Assembly (NCBI GenBank): GCA_965203805.1
Contig: OZ241917.1
Location: forward strand, 5,024,001 to 5,088,000
Direction of reading: 5' to 3'
Origin: Candidatus Latescibacterota bacterium
Lineage (GTDB): Bacteria > Latescibacterota > UBA2968 > GCA-2709665
DNA: 64,000 bases
A program made the position numbers and the translations under genes. Numbering within the stretch: position 1 is the stretch's first letter; each line of letters begins with the position of its first letter. Shown here in pieces: positions 37,653 to 48,586 of this stretch. Under the pieces are notes generated by a model. That model worked only from the letters and a program-made list of their open reading frames with translations. It made no database searches and was not told where the DNA came from.

Positions 37653-38852
37653 TTAACGGCGCGGGGTTTTCGGGGATCTCAATTCCTGACGGATCGCCTC
37701 CAGCCTGCTGCGGTTTGCCGGATCGGGACTTTGCAGGGCTTCCAGCAGGAACGCGGCGAGGATACTCAGGAGCAGACTCAGACCGGCAGCCGTAACGACC
37801 ATCAGCACGCGCCGGGGACGGCTCCGGAAATCAGGCGGCACGGCCGGGTCCAGTACCACGACCAGCGACGTTTCCTTTTTCTCTTCGAAACTGCTCTTTT
37901 CGTATTCCTGCAATATGAACTGATAGATGAGGTTTCGGATTTCCATGTCGCGCAATAATCTCAGGGCCTGAAGCCCCAGATCGGGGATCCGGTCCATTGG
38001 AAGCATAATGCCCGGCAGGCTGTGGTCCGCCTTCCCGCTGCTGTCCGGGTCCGATCCCGCGAGGATGCCTTCAAGCGCCTCTTTCGCACCCTCGATTTCG
38101 ATGTCGAGTTGCCGGACTCTGCTGTTGTCCGGGTTCATCTGAAGCGCGGCGATCTCGCGTCGGATCTTCATTTCGCCCAGCGTCGTGGCGATCAGAGAGG
38201 AGTACGCGTCGATCTGCGCCTTGGTCTGGCTCTCGATGTCGATGGCCGAATGTTCCTTCTGGAACGCATTGTAAGCCCGTTCGGCTTCGATCATGCCGCT
38301 TTCGGCCTTGGCGAGCCGTTTTTCAAGGTAGTTGCGGAGTTCGCGCGCCTGTTTTTCACGGCGGTGTCTCAGCGCAAGATCGAGTTCTTCGACAAAGGCA
38401 TTCGCAATTTCGGCGGCCTGTTGCGGGGTTTCCGCTTCATAGGAAACCGTCAGGAACTGTTCACGCGAGAGTTCCACTTCAAGCCGGTCGTCGACCATCT
38501 GCAGAAGTTCCTCACGGGTTGCGGCCTCGTAAGCTTCGTGAAGGTTGAAACGGCGGATGATGGCTTCGGCCACGCGCTGGCTCTTGAGGATGGGCACGAA
38601 TTCGGTGGCCGAAACAACGCTCTCGCCCAGGCCCAGCATGCCCACCGGCAGTCTTTCCAGAATGGCGGAAATGCCGAGCGATCCCTGGCTTTCGCTGGGC
38701 GGAAAGAGGACGGCGCTGGCACGGTAGACCGGGGTGAGAATCAGACTGATGCCCGCCGTCAGCAGGGATACGGTGGCGCAGGTGGCGATTATCGTGCGCC
38801 GCCAGCGGACAAGTACGGCCAGACGGTCGAGGAAATTCTTCTCGGGTTCCAT
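37653..38852 (-). CDS. Wzz/GNVR-type polysaccharide chain-length determinant
   Basis: N-terminal TM with 'PVYRASA', coiled coil, then 'VVLDPAVPP...RP.R' and a C-terminal TM. Confidence 0.85.
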   Translation of the reverse strand: MEPEKNFLDRLAVLVRWRRTIIATCATVSLLTAGISLILTPVYRASAVLFPPSESQGSLGISAILERLPVGMLGLGESVVSATEFVPILKSQRVAEAIIRRFNLHEAYEAATREELLQMVDDRLEVELSREQFLTVSYEAETPQQAAEIANAFVEELDLALRHRREKQARELRNYLEKRLAKAESGMIEAERAYNAFQKEHSAIDIESQTKAQIDAYSSLIATTLGEMKIRREIAALQMNPDNSRVRQLDIEIEGAKEALEGILAGSDPDSSGKADHSLPGIMLPMDRIPDLGLQALRLLRDMEIRNLIYQFILQEYEKSSFEEKKETSLVVVLDPAVPPDFRSRPRRVLMVVTAAGLSLLLSILAAFLLEALQSPDPANRSRLEAIRQELRSPKTPRR

Positions 38853-40531
38853 TAGCGACTGATGCTCCGTACCGCTATGACGAGTGCGGCTACCTGAGAA
38901 AGCACGACCAGCGTCTCCCGGAAGAGCCGCCAGCCGTGCACGGGTTTCTTACCCATAACGAAAATGGTGTCTCCGGGGTTGACCTGCTGAATTCTGGAGG
39001 CTTTCGTCCAGTTGCCGGTGCTGCCCTGGATGACGTATATCTCGCCTCTCTCCGCCTGTTCGTTCAGTCCGCCCGCCCTGTCGATGTAGTCCTGGACGCC
39101 GAGGTCCGGTTTGAAGGGAATCGCGCCGGGGGTGATGACGTATCCGTTGACCGCAACCGACGGTACGAGTCTGGGAATCCTGACGACATCCCCGTCCCGG
39201 AGCAAAATATCCTGCGTATCGTCCTTCTTCTCAAACAGAGCGACAAAGTCGACCGGCAGGCGTCCCGACATCTGTTGTTTCTGCATGGCCATATAGGTTC
39301 GCTGGGCGTCCGTCAGGCTGATGGGGCCGACGCTCTGAAGCTGCTTCGGACCGCCGATTCCTTTCGGATAGTCGACGCGGCGGACCACGATGGATTGGGC
39401 GAGAGAGGCCTGGGACGTAAATCCGCCGGCCTTCCGGATCAATGCTTTCAGCGTCATCCCCGATCGGATGAAATAGGATCCGGGGAAGTAGACTTCGCCT
39501 TCCACGCTCACACGCCGCTCCTTAATGGCCACGTGGAGTTTGTCCCGTGCGCGCAGAGGGAGGTTTGCGTCCGCGTCGCCGGCCAGTGCCCGCGAGAGCC
39601 GGACGGCGAGTTGCTCTTCGCGTTCTTCCTCGATAAAGGAACGGAGCAGTTCGGCGCTGGCGGTGGCTGCATCGCCGTTTAATCCCCCGGCAAGCGCAAT
39701 CAGGTCGGAAACGCGGTCCCCGTGGATGAATTCGTAACTGCCGGGTTTGTAGACAGCGCCCGAAATGCGCACGGAGTCCGTCAGCGCGGGCACAAAGATC
39801 TGGTCTCCATCCAGAAGGAAGGGATTGTGGGCGATATCGCCCGACAGGCGCCACAAGGCAAGGTCCGCACGTCGCTCCGTATCCATCGGCTTGCCGCGTT
39901 CGGAGAGCCGTTGAATCTGGATGTTTCGGTGCGAAGCCCTCCCGTCGGGGGGTTTGATCAACCCGCCCGCCTGGCTGATGAGCTCCGAAACCTGTTCGGT
40001 TCCTTCCACCATGTAGGTGCCGGGATGGACCACCTGCCCGACCACGTTGACGGGAAAACTGCGCAGCCGGGTGAGAGAAATCTGGACGTCGAGCCGGTTC
40101 AGTCGGTCGCTGACCGCGTCCTGGATCTTTCGCCGGCTCTCGCCGAGGTTGAGCCCTGCCAGCTGAATGGCGCCGACGTAAGGAATCACCAGTTTGCCTT
40201 CAGCCCCGACAAGAACCGGATACGTGACTGGTTCTTCGCCGGCTTCGATATGGATGCTGAAGGTATCGCCTGGACCGACGATGTAGCGCTCCGAACGAAT
40301 GATCGCGTCGTAAGCGATCTTTCCGATCCATTTCACGTCCAGACCCTGCATCTCGTCCGACTGAAGCGATGCGCCAATCGATTTGCGGTCGGGCCTCCTC
40401 CGGACGACGTCCCGTCCCGAACGTGATTGTGCGAAGAGGATGACGGGTTCCGAGACCAGCCCGATGACAAGCGCGACCGCAACGAGCCGAAAGGCGAGAG
40501 ATGGATTGCGATAGGAGAAGAAACCGGTCAT
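38852..40531 (-). CDS. Polysaccharide export protein with multiple SLBB domains
   Basis: Motifs 'YIVGPGD', 'IPYVG', and repeated 'V.G.V..PG.Y...LI..AGG'. Confidence 0.88.
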   Translation of the reverse strand: MTGFFSYRNPSLAFRLVAVALVIGLVSEPVILFAQSRSGRDVVRRRPDRKSIGASLQSDEMQGLDVKWIGKIAYDAIIRSERYIVGPGDTFSIHIEAGEEPVTYPVLVGAEGKLVIPYVGAIQLAGLNLGESRRKIQDAVSDRLNRLDVQISLTRLRSFPVNVVGQVVHPGTYMVEGTEQVSELISQAGGLIKPPDGRASHRNIQIQRLSERGKPMDTERRADLALWRLSGDIAHNPFLLDGDQIFVPALTDSVRISGAVYKPGSYEFIHGDRVSDLIALAGGLNGDAATASAELLRSFIEEEREEQLAVRLSRALAGDADANLPLRARDKLHVAIKERRVSVEGEVYFPGSYFIRSGMTLKALIRKAGGFTSQASLAQSIVVRRVDYPKGIGGPKQLQSVGPISLTDAQRTYMAMQKQQMSGRLPVDFVALFEKKDDTQDILLRDGDVVRIPRLVPSVAVNGYVITPGAIPFKPDLGVQDYIDRAGGLNEQAERGEIYVIQGSTGNWTKASRIQQVNPGDTIFVMGKKPVHGWRLFRETLVVLSQVAALVIAVRSISR

Positions 40532-41427
40532 TCCGTGGTTATCCCGTCTTTATCGACACACAGGACGGCGGTGTCGGCCTGCATATTCTGTCGCGCCCAC
40601 GCGTTTTTCATGGCCGTCGCAATTTCCGGAGCGTCGTCGGTCGCAAAAGCCAGCAACGTCGGACCGGCGCCGCTGAGGCAGGCGCCCATGGCCCCCGCTT
40701 CTTCCGCTGCCTGGAGTACTTCCTCAATTCCCGGTACAAGTGAAGCCCGGTAGGGCTGATGAAGGCGGTCGCGCATCGCGGTTTTCAAAGCGCGAAGTTC
40801 TCCGCTCATCAGCGCTGCCGTCACCAGGCACGCGCGGCCCACGTTGAAAGCCGCGTCCCGGTGCGGCACCTGTTCCGGCAGGGCCGCTCGCGCGGCTTCC
40901 GTTTCCAGTTCGAATCGGGGAACCGCGACCACCGCGCGAAGTTCCCGCGGCGGCAGGGACCGGATCGTTTCGACGCGACCGTTTCCATGGGAACAGATGA
41001 CCAGACCGCCCAGGAGGCACGGCGCGACGTTGTCGGGATGGCCTTCCAGTTCGGTGGCGAGATCGAGAAGGGCGGGTTTGGAAAGGGGTTCTCCCATCAG
41101 CAGATTGGCCGTACAAATGCCGGCTACGATCGCGGTGGAACTGCTGCCCAGTCCGCGGGAGAGTGGAATGCCGTTGTGCATCTCCACTTCCAGCCCCGGC
41201 AGGGACCGGCCGGCGCGTTGTGCGGCCATGTCGACAGACCGGAAGAAGAGGTTGGATTCGTCCACAGGGAGCCTCCCGGCGCCTTCCCCCGTGATGCCCA
41301 TCCGCCGTTGGCTGCCGGAAGCGGTCCTGATCGTGATCCGGTTATAAATGGTGAGCGCAAGGCCCAGGGCGTCGAAGCCGGGCCCCAGGTTGGACGTGGA
41401 ACCGGGCGCTCTCAGGCGGATTTCCAT
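40528..41427 (-). CDS. thrB: Homoserine kinase
   Basis: Motifs 'PGSTSNLGPGFD', 'PLSRGLGSSS', 'EGHPDN', 'LSGAGPT'. Confidence 0.95.
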   Translation of the reverse strand: MEIRLRAPGSTSNLGPGFDALGLALTIYNRITIRTASGSQRRMGITGEGAGRLPVDESNLFFRSVDMAAQRAGRSLPGLEVEMHNGIPLSRGLGSSSTAIVAGICTANLLMGEPLSKPALLDLATELEGHPDNVAPCLLGGLVICSHGNGRVETIRSLPPRELRAVVAVPRFELETEAARAALPEQVPHRDAAFNVGRACLVTAALMSGELRALKTAMRDRLHQPYRASLVPGIEEVLQAAEEAGAMGACLSGAGPTLLAFATDDAPEIATAMKNAWARQNMQADTAVLCVDKDGITTE

Positions 41428-42530
41428 TCCATCTCTCTGACCAGTTTCGCGCAGACCAGGTCCGCCAGAAGAAGGCCGCGGCGGGTGAGGCGGACCCTTC
41501 CCTCCCCACGTTCGAGCAGGCGATCGGGAATGAGGTCGATTGAACGGCGTCCGGGGCCCAAAAGCGTTTCGGGAATGCCATTGACGCGGCGGAGGCCGAG
41601 CATCACCTGTTCCACGCGCCTGTCCCGTGAGGAGAGCAGTTCTTCCTCTTCAACGGCGACACCCGAGGTCTCCACACTCCCTATATACGCCATGAGGGGG
41701 CGGATGTTCCAGGTCCGGCGGTTGTTAAAAAAGGAATGGGCGGATAGCCCGATGCCGAGATACGGCCGCCGGTCCCAGCAGCCGATATTGTGCAGGCACG
41801 CAGAACCCGGCTGCGCGAAATTCGAGACTTCGTACTGCAGGTACCCGGCCTGGCGCAGCTTCTCCTGGGCGATCTCGTACATTTCGGCCTGAGCATCTTC
41901 GGGAGGCAGCGGCAGGCGGTTCTTCTTCAATCGGCGGTCGAATGCGGTGCCCGGCTCGATGGTCAGCCCGTAAACGGAGACGTGCTCGGGACCGAGATCG
42001 ACGACGCGGTCCAGGGTATCCCGCCATGCGGATGCCGTCTGCCGCGGCGCGGAGAAAATCAAGTCGACGTTGAGGTTTCCGAAGCCGGCCCGACGGGCGG
42101 CGCCGACGGCAGCCGTGGCCTCGGCAGCGGTATGGCGCCTGCCCAGAGCCCGGAGCGTGGGGTTGTCCAGAGCCTGTATTCCCAGGCTGAGCCGATTGAA
42201 TCCCATGGCCGCCAATTCCGGAAACCGCGCATGGTCTTCGGGATTGGCTTCAGCGGTAATCTCCGCTTCCGGCGAGATATGCGACAGGGAACGAGCGGCG
42301 TCCAGGATTCGACGCAGCGCTTCCGGCGGCACTTCTGAAGGCGTGCCGCCACCGAAATAGACCGTATCGAAAACCGTGCGCCTGCCAAACCGGGGGAGGC
42401 GAGTCTGAAACTCGCGGATGACCGCGTCCGTATACCGTTCCGCCAGGTGCGTCTTGCCCACGTCAAAAGCGAAATCGCAATAAGGACACCGGGACCTGCA
42501 GAACGGAATGTGGATATAGAGACCGGACAT
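41412..42530 (-). CDS. hemW: Radical SAM heme chaperone HemW (HemN-like)
   Basis: Motifs 'YIHIPFCRSRCPYCDF', 'GGGTPS', 'YEVSNF', 'HN'. Confidence 0.9.
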   Translation of the reverse strand: MSGLYIHIPFCRSRCPYCDFAFDVGKTHLAERYTDAVIREFQTRLPRFGRRTVFDTVYFGGGTPSEVPPEALRRILDAARSLSHISPEAEITAEANPEDHARFPELAAMGFNRLSLGIQALDNPTLRALGRRHTAAEATAAVGAARRAGFGNLNVDLIFSAPRQTASAWRDTLDRVVDLGPEHVSVYGLTIEPGTAFDRRLKKNRLPLPPEDAQAEMYEIAQEKLRQAGYLQYEVSNFAQPGSACLHNIGCWDRRPYLGIGLSAHSFFNNRRTWNIRPLMAYIGSVETSGVAVEEEELLSSRDRRVEQVMLGLRRVNGIPETLLGPGRRSIDLIPDRLLERGEGRVRLTRRGLLLADLVCAKLVREMEWKSA

Positions 42531-42564
42531 AAGCGTCAACCACGTGTGGAACCGCGAGCCCTCA

Positions 42565-43326
42565 TTACTCAACCGTCCGCCCGATACGGCTCCATCGCAC
42601 GCGCCCGAATCCGTGTATCAGGTTGTATAAGGCCATTTTGGGAATTGAAAGGAGGTTCTCGAACTTCGGCGCCGCGGAGTCCGGCGCCCACGACCAGTAG
42701 ATGATGTTCGCCTTCGCCCGGATTCGCCCCTTGTCCAGGAAGCTCCAGTATCGGCTGTCCTCGCTGTTGTCCCTGTTGTCTCCCATCACGAAGTAGTGCC
42801 CGGCGGGCACTCTTCTGAGGCGCATGTTGTCGCGAATGCCGCCGGGCGATGAAACGGGCAGGATGACGGGATCCACGTATTTGGACAGCGGCGGATCGAT
42901 CGTGCGCTTTCCGTCCACGTAGAGTATCTTGTCGCGGATTTCGACCTCCTGACCGGGCGCGGCCACCACACGTTTGATAAAGTCCCGGGCCGGGTTTCTC
43001 GGGTACTCGAAAATGATGATATCCCCGGGTTCGGGATCTCTGAATCCTGGAAGCCGTGCCTCTGTAAACGGAATTCTGGCGCCGTAGACGATTTTGTTCG
43101 CCAGAAGAAAGTCGCCCACCAGGAGCGTGTTCTCCATCGAGCCCGTGGGAATGCTGAAGGCCTGAACCACGAAGGTTCTCAGAAAGAGCGCCAGGGCAAC
43201 GGCCACCAGAATGGCTTCGAGGTATTCTCTGGCCACGGATTTTTTTCCTCGGCGTGTTCTTCCTTTACGCGCCTTCCGGGTCGGGGCCCTCTTTGCGGCT
43301 CGCGTGCGTCGTGCGGATTTGCCCAT
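42565..43326 (-). CDS. lepB: Signal peptidase I
   Basis: Motifs 'IPTGSMENTL', 'FIKR', 'GDNRDNSEDSR'. Confidence 0.95.
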   Translation of the reverse strand: MGKSARRTRAAKRAPTRKARKGRTRRGKKSVAREYLEAILVAVALALFLRTFVVQAFSIPTGSMENTLLVGDFLLANKIVYGARIPFTEARLPGFRDPEPGDIIIFEYPRNPARDFIKRVVAAPGQEVEIRDKILYVDGKRTIDPPLSKYVDPVILPVSSPGGIRDNMRLRRVPAGHYFVMGDNRDNSEDSRYWSFLDKGRIRAKANIIYWSWAPDSAAPKFENLLSIPKMALYNLIHGFGRVRWSRIGRTVE

Positions 43327-43370
43327 TTGTCCGGTATTATATCGCTCGGTTGGCGTCCTTATCCGGGAGC

Positions 43371-45170
43371 TTACATTTCCATGCGAAGGACGGCGAGGAA
43401 TGCTTCCTGAGGAATTTCGATATTTCCCACCTGCTTCATCCTCCGCTTCCCTTCTCTCTGTCTCTCCAGGAGTTTCCGCTTTCTGGTTACGTCACCGCCG
43501 TAACACTTGGCGGTGACGTTCTTGCGGAACGGACGCACCGACGTCCTTGAGATGACTTTCCTTCCGATGGCTGCCTGGATGACGACCTCGAACATCTGTC
43601 TCGGGATGAGTTCCTTGAGTCTGGAACAGATCGCCCGTCCCCAATCGTAGGCCTTGTCCCGATGGACAACGGCGGACAGCGCGTCCACAGCGTCTTCATT
43701 AATGAGCAGGTCGAGCTTGACCAGGTCGGCGGCGCGGTGCTCCCTGTACTCGTAATCGAACGACGCGTACCCTCGCGTGACGGATTTGAGGCGGTCATAG
43801 AAGTCCAGCACGATCTCGGAGAGGGGCAGTTCGTAACGCAGCAAGGCGCGCGCGGGATCCACGAATTCCGTGGTAATATAGATTCCACGGCGGTCCTGGG
43901 CAACCTGCATGGCCGCGCCGATGTATTCGGCTGGTACCAGGATCTGCGCGTTGAGGACGGGTTCCGCGATTTCTTCGATCTGGACGGCGGCAGGCATCTC
44001 GGCGGGGTTGTGGACGATTTCGACGTCCCCGTTGGTGAGCAGAACCTCGTACTCCACGTTGGGTACGGTGGTAATGATCTCCATGTCGAATTCGCGGGCG
44101 AGACGTTCCTGTACGATCTCCATATGAAGCAGGCCCAGGAAGCCGCAGCGGAAGCCGAATCCCAGGGCCGTCGACGTTTCCGGCTCGAAGCGTAGCGACG
44201 CGTCATTCAGACGCAGTTTCTCCAGGGCCGTTCGGAGGTCGGTGTAGTCCTCCGCATTGACGGGGTAGACGCCGGAAAACACCATGGGTTTGACTTCCTG
44301 GTACCCGGGCAGCGGTTTGCCGGCGGGCCGGCTGGATCCGGTAACGGTGTCGCCCATGTGGAGCTCTTCGAGGTCCTTCACACCCGCGATGAGATAGCCG
44401 ACTTCTCCGGCCTGCAGCGTGCGCGTCTTGACACGTTTCAGTTTGAGGACGCCGATTTCTTCTGCCTCGAACTGGCGACCGGTGGAGAAAAACCGGATGG
44501 GCATGTCGGTCCGAAGGCTGCCCTGGAAAACCCGGATCGAGGCGACGGCGCCCCGGTACCGGTCGAAGATGGAGTCGAAGATCAGGGCCTGGAGGGCCGC
44601 GTCGGGATCGCCCTGGGGCGGCGGGATCTGCTCGATGATTGCCTGAAGCAGGGCTTCGACGCCGACGCCCTGTTTGGCGCTGATCTTATGGATATCGGAT
44701 TCCTCGACACCCAAAAGGTCGTGGATCTGCAGGACCACCCGGTCCACGTCGACGTTGGGCAGATCGATCTTGTTGATGACCGGGATGATCTCGAGGTCAT
44801 GCTCCAGCGCGAGAAGCACGTTGCTGATCGTTTGCGCCTCGACGCCCTGCGCGGCGTCGACCAGGAGAAGGGTTCCTTCACACGCGGCCAGGCTTCTCGA
44901 TACCTCGTACGAAAAGTCGACGTGACCCGGCGTATCGATGAGGTTGAGGATGTACTTCTGACCGTTCGAAGACCGGTAGTCCATCCGGACGGCGTGGGAC
45001 TTGATGGTGATGCCGCGCTCCCGTTCCAGGTCCATGTCGTCCAGGACCTGGTCCATCATCTCGTTTCGCGACAGCGTCGAAGTCGTTTCCAGGAGCCGGT
45101 CAGCCAGGGTCGATTTGCCGTGGTCGATGTGGGCAATGATGCAGAAGTTTCGGATGTTCCGGGTATTCAT
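43371..45170 (-). CDS. lepA: Elongation factor 4
   Basis: Motifs '[12 protein letters not shown]', 'ERERGITIK', 'DTPGHVDF', 'KCYGGD'. Confidence 0.98.
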   Translation of the reverse strand: MNTRNIRNFCIIAHIDHGKSTLADRLLETTSTLSRNEMMDQVLDDMDLERERGITIKSHAVRMDYRSSNGQKYILNLIDTPGHVDFSYEVSRSLAACEGTLLLVDAAQGVEAQTISNVLLALEHDLEIIPVINKIDLPNVDVDRVVLQIHDLLGVEESDIHKISAKQGVGVEALLQAIIEQIPPPQGDPDAALQALIFDSIFDRYRGAVASIRVFQGSLRTDMPIRFFSTGRQFEAEEIGVLKLKRVKTRTLQAGEVGYLIAGVKDLEELHMGDTVTGSSRPAGKPLPGYQEVKPMVFSGVYPVNAEDYTDLRTALEKLRLNDASLRFEPETSTALGFGFRCGFLGLLHMEIVQERLAREFDMEIITTVPNVEYEVLLTNGDVEIVHNPAEMPAAVQIEEIAEPVLNAQILVPAEYIGAAMQVAQDRRGIYITTEFVDPARALLRYELPLSEIVLDFYDRLKSVTRGYASFDYEYREHRAADLVKLDLLINEDAVDALSAVVHRDKAYDWGRAICSRLKELIPRQMFEVVIQAAIGRKVISRTSVRPFRKNVTAKCYGGDVTRKRKLLERQREGKRRMKQVGNIEIPQEAFLAVLRMEM

Positions 45171-45242
45171 CGTCCGGACGCTCTCCAATTGGTGGCAACT
45201 TCAAAAAATTCAACCGTCTACACGTTGTGTATCGAAGGTTAG

Positions 45243-45271
45243 AATATACTCTGTTCGAGGTTTGAAGTCAA
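45243..45271 (-). promoter_or_regulatory. Putative sigma70 promoter of the lepA operon
   Basis: Minus strand TTGACT-17 bp-TATATT. Confidence 0.6.
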
Positions 45272-45381
45272 CCGCGGAAGGGGAATCGACCCGGCCCGGA
45301 TTGGGGTCGCCGCCCGGTCACCGGACAGGGGTGCGCCATAGCGAGAGGGAGGACGATGAGGGTTTCTGCGATGTAAAGAGG

Positions 45382-45411
45382 TTGACATCCCTGGAAATCC
45401 GTCGGTATATT
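45382..45411 (+). promoter_or_regulatory. Putative sigma70 promoter
   Basis: TTGACA-18 bp-TATATT upstream of the gene at 45466. Confidence 0.5.
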
Positions 45412-45465
45412 TCGAGAACAACCCGTGGATTTCATGAAAGGTCCTGAGTCGGGAGATCCGGCATC

Positions 45466-46677
45466 ATGGAAAGGCTTCGGATTGCGGTGATCGGTGTGGG
45501 TGCGGCCCCGGATTCCCGGGCACGGCAGTATCTCGACACAATCGTCCGGCTGACGGACCATTATGAACTCGTCGGGATCTGCGACCGCAACGAACGCGCC
45601 CTGGCCGAAGCGTCCGCGGATCGATCAACGGTCCGCTTCCGGGATATCTCGTCCCTCTTTGCCTCAGCGCAGCCCGACGTGGTGCTGAGTATGACGCCCA
45701 AGGACTCCCATGTCGTGATCGCGATGGCGGCCGCACGGCAAGGCGTCCACGTCATCACGGAGATTCCCGTGGGGCTCACGCGGCGCTACGTGCGGGCCGT
45801 TGCGCGGACATGCGAGGAACACGGCGTGCTGTGGGAGGTGGCGGAGCAGGTGTGGCTGTGGCCGCGGGAACGGCTCAAACGGAGAATTATCGAGGCCGGC
45901 CTGCTGGGCGAATTGACCCATTCGCGCCTATGGTACCTGACGGGTCAATACCACGGATTCAACGGCGTCCGCTCCCTGCTGGGCGAAGAGGCGAAACGGG
46001 TGCTGGGCTATTGCGGAGAGGCGCCGGCGCTGCCGTACGAGGCGTACGGCGGGGAGCGACAGAATACGGTGATGTGGGACCACGCGGTGGTGGAATTCGA
46101 AAGCGGTATCGCGTGTCTGTTCGAAAAGCCGCCGCGTGCCTTCCCCTCCCCGGCACAGGGGTTCCCCACCGGTTGGCACGTGGAAGGGACCAGAGGATAC
46201 CTGGACCAGAGTCAGCTCGTGCTATACGGTGAAGAGACGTCTCGGGCGTACGATTTGCAGGAGCGGTACGAAGAAGTCGACGGACAGCAGGTGCTGGGCG
46301 CCGCGCGCGTGGATACGGACCCGCCGGTCGTCTGGGAAAATCCGTACCGCAAGTGGCGGATCGGGTCGGCCGACGACGTTGCAAAGGCGAGCATCCTTGT
46401 CAGTTTTCACAAGGCGATTACCGAAGGCCGCCGGCCGCAGTACGGCCATGAGAACGCGCTGAAAGACTGGGAGATCTGCCTGGCGGTCAGGGAGAGCGCC
46501 GATCGCGGGAACACCTGGATCGAATTGCCGCTCGGCGAACCGACGGACCTCGAACGAAAAATCGAAGCGGAATTCGTGCGGCGCTACGGCCACGACCCCG
46601 TCGAATCGCCGGAACGGCTTCTGGACGCGCCATTCACCCGTTCGGCGACCCTGTGGCCCTTCGCGCACTGGCTGTGA
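45466..46677 (+). CDS. Gfo/Idh/MocA family oxidoreductase
   Basis: Motifs 'IAVIGVG', 'LVGICD' and 'GVHVITEIP'. Confidence 0.8.
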   Translation: MERLRIAVIGVGAAPDSRARQYLDTIVRLTDHYELVGICDRNERALAEASADRSTVRFRDISSLFASAQPDVVLSMTPKDSHVVIAMAAARQGVHVITEIPVGLTRRYVRAVARTCEEHGVLWEVAEQVWLWPRERLKRRIIEAGLLGELTHSRLWYLTGQYHGFNGVRSLLGEEAKRVLGYCGEAPALPYEAYGGERQNTVMWDHAVVEFESGIACLFEKPPRAFPSPAQGFPTGWHVEGTRGYLDQSQLVLYGEETSRAYDLQERYEEVDGQQVLGAARVDTDPPVVWENPYRKWRIGSADDVAKASILVSFHKAITEGRRPQYGHENALKDWEICLAVRESADRGNTWIELPLGEPTDLERKIEAEFVRRYGHDPVESPERLLDAPFTRSATLWPFAHWL

Positions 46678-46842
46678 GGGAGGGAAGGGATGCCTGGAGG
46701 TCTGTCCAGTCACCGGACGTCGGCGGTCAGCCATTTGCTACTAACGAATAGCGGCGCAGATGACAGCAACCTCGGGCAACCAGACCGCTCTGCCGCCCTT
46801 GCTATCGGCCGTTGAAACCCTGCACCTGGAGAGGAACTGTAC

Positions 46843-47964
46843 GTGAAAATCGACTCCGCGGAAATACGGTACGTCGAACTGCCGCTGATTTCGCCCTGGC
46901 GGACCGCTTACGGCGAGGATGCGTCGATCCATTCGGTGATGGTCAAACTGTGCGGGGGCGGGGCGGAGGCCTGGGGCGAGGCGGCGCCGTTCTACGCCCC
47001 GACCTATTCGCCCGAATCCGCGCGGTCCGTTTACGAGACGGCCCGGGAATTCTTCCTTCCGCGGATCGTGGGTCATACGCTGGACTCGGCCGATGACGTT
47101 ATGGATCGGATGTCGATCTTCAAAGGGAATCCGTTTTCCAAAGCTGCCGTGGAAACGGCGTGGTGGTCGTTGGACAGCAAGCTGAACGGCGTCGCGCTCT
47201 GGCGCGCGCTGGGAGCGGACGAACCGCTGGTGCGATGCGGCGCCGATTTCGGCGTCCAGGATACGATCGACGAGCTTCTCGCAATGATCCAGGGCGCGGT
47301 GGACGCGGGTTTCCCGCGGATCAAGCTGAAGGTCAAGCATGGGTGGGATATCGAGATGCTGGACGCCGTCAGGTCGGCCTTTCCCGATCCGGTATTTCAC
47401 GTGGATTGCAACTCCGGATACGACCTGAGAGCGGATTTCGAAACGCTCAGGGCATTCGACCGGTTCAACCTGGCCATGATCGAACAGCCGCTGGACCATA
47501 CCGACCTCATCGAGCACGCCGAGTTGCAGCGTCTGATTGAGACGCCGGTGTGCCTGGACGAATCGGTGACGCGGCCGCGGGACTTCGAACTCGCGCTGAA
47601 GATGGACGCCTGCCGCGTGATCAACGTGAAGCCGGGGCGCGTGGGCGGGCTGCGAAACGCCGTACGGATTCACGATATGGCGCGGGACGCGGGGATGGCG
47701 GCCTGGGTGGGCGGCATGCTGGAAAGCGGGGTGGGCGCCGGGATCTGCGCCGCCCTGGGGACGCTTCCGGGATTCACCTATCCGGCGGACGTGTTTCCTT
47801 CTTCCAAGTTCTACACTGAGGATATCACGGACCGATGGATCGAACAGGATGAGAATTGCAACGTCGTGCTGGATGACACGCCGGGCGTGGGATTCGATCC
47901 CGTGCAGGAAAGGCTCGATGCCGTGACGTCAATATGCGAGGTGATTGACAATGATGGACTGTGA
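46843..47964 (+). CDS. menC: o-Succinylbenzoate synthase / N-acylamino acid racemase (enolase superfamily)
   Basis: Motifs 'RIKLKV', 'VDCN', 'IEQP', 'LDES', 'NVKPGRVGG', 'WVGGMLES', 'YPAD'. No other men genes nearby, so a racemase role is possible. Confidence 0.8.
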   Translation: MKIDSAEIRYVELPLISPWRTAYGEDASIHSVMVKLCGGGAEAWGEAAPFYAPTYSPESARSVYETAREFFLPRIVGHTLDSADDVMDRMSIFKGNPFSKAAVETAWWSLDSKLNGVALWRALGADEPLVRCGADFGVQDTIDELLAMIQGAVDAGFPRIKLKVKHGWDIEMLDAVRSAFPDPVFHVDCNSGYDLRADFETLRAFDRFNLAMIEQPLDHTDLIEHAELQRLIETPVCLDESVTRPRDFELALKMDACRVINVKPGRVGGLRNAVRIHDMARDAGMAAWVGGMLESGVGAGICAALGTLPGFTYPADVFPSSKFYTEDITDRWIEQDENCNVVLDDTPGVGFDPVQERLDAVTSICEVIDNDGL

Positions 47965-47997
47965 TTAAACCGTTGACTCGTGCGGGCATCGTGACCC

Positions 47998-48221
47998 GCG
48001 GGAGGCCGGGCGCCCACAAGGGACGCCCCTACATAGGACCGGGGGGTTGAACGTCAAATTTGTTGGAAGTGATCTCCTCGTCGCGGGCTGAGCATGCGAC
48101 GGGGTTTTTTGTGTGAGGGTGGGGCAGACATTCCTGTCTGCCCACGTGCGATAAAACTGTCATCCTGAGGAAGCGCCCGGCCTGCCGGAGATTCATTGGC
48201 AGGCCGGCTGACGAAGGATCT
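47998..48221. repeat. Composite REP cluster (GTAG-type, GGGCAGACATTCCTGTCTGCCC-type and TGTCATCCTGAG-type)
   Basis: Reverse complement TGTAGGGGCGTCCCTTGTGGGCGCCC at 48008-48033. The same order of units recurs at 49524-49670. Confidence 0.75.
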
Positions 48222-48586
48222 ACTGCAGCATCGCTTGATGTCCGAGCGTCTCTTGTTATTCGCCGTGACTTGACAGGCGGCACGTATGCGCCCGGGAAAT
48301 CTCGCCGAACAGGTGCCGGAGCAAGTTAGCCTCAATGTGAAAAAAGAACACCGAAAAATTGGCCACAAAAAGCACAAAAGGCACGAAAAGCATCCGTGCA
48401 GAGCGGCGTGTGTCATAACGCGGTGACCCTGCAGTTCTTTCCTCACCGGACCGAAAAGGTCGTCCGGATGGACATTCTTTCCCTTCACGTCAAGTGACCT
48501 GAAGAATCATAGAAATCAGAAGTTGAATCGCCTTTATTAGCTTGCATACATTCGAATTAACGTCCCAGAAAATTGACGAATCAAGG

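Noticed and set aside
48340-48490. Short 9-mer run (CACAAAAAG/CACAAAAGG/CACGAAAAG) and a 144-aa minus-strand ORF
   Set aside because: The ORF runs through REP sequence and has no motif. The run is too short to interpret; a similar purine-rich tract occurs at 14085-14145.
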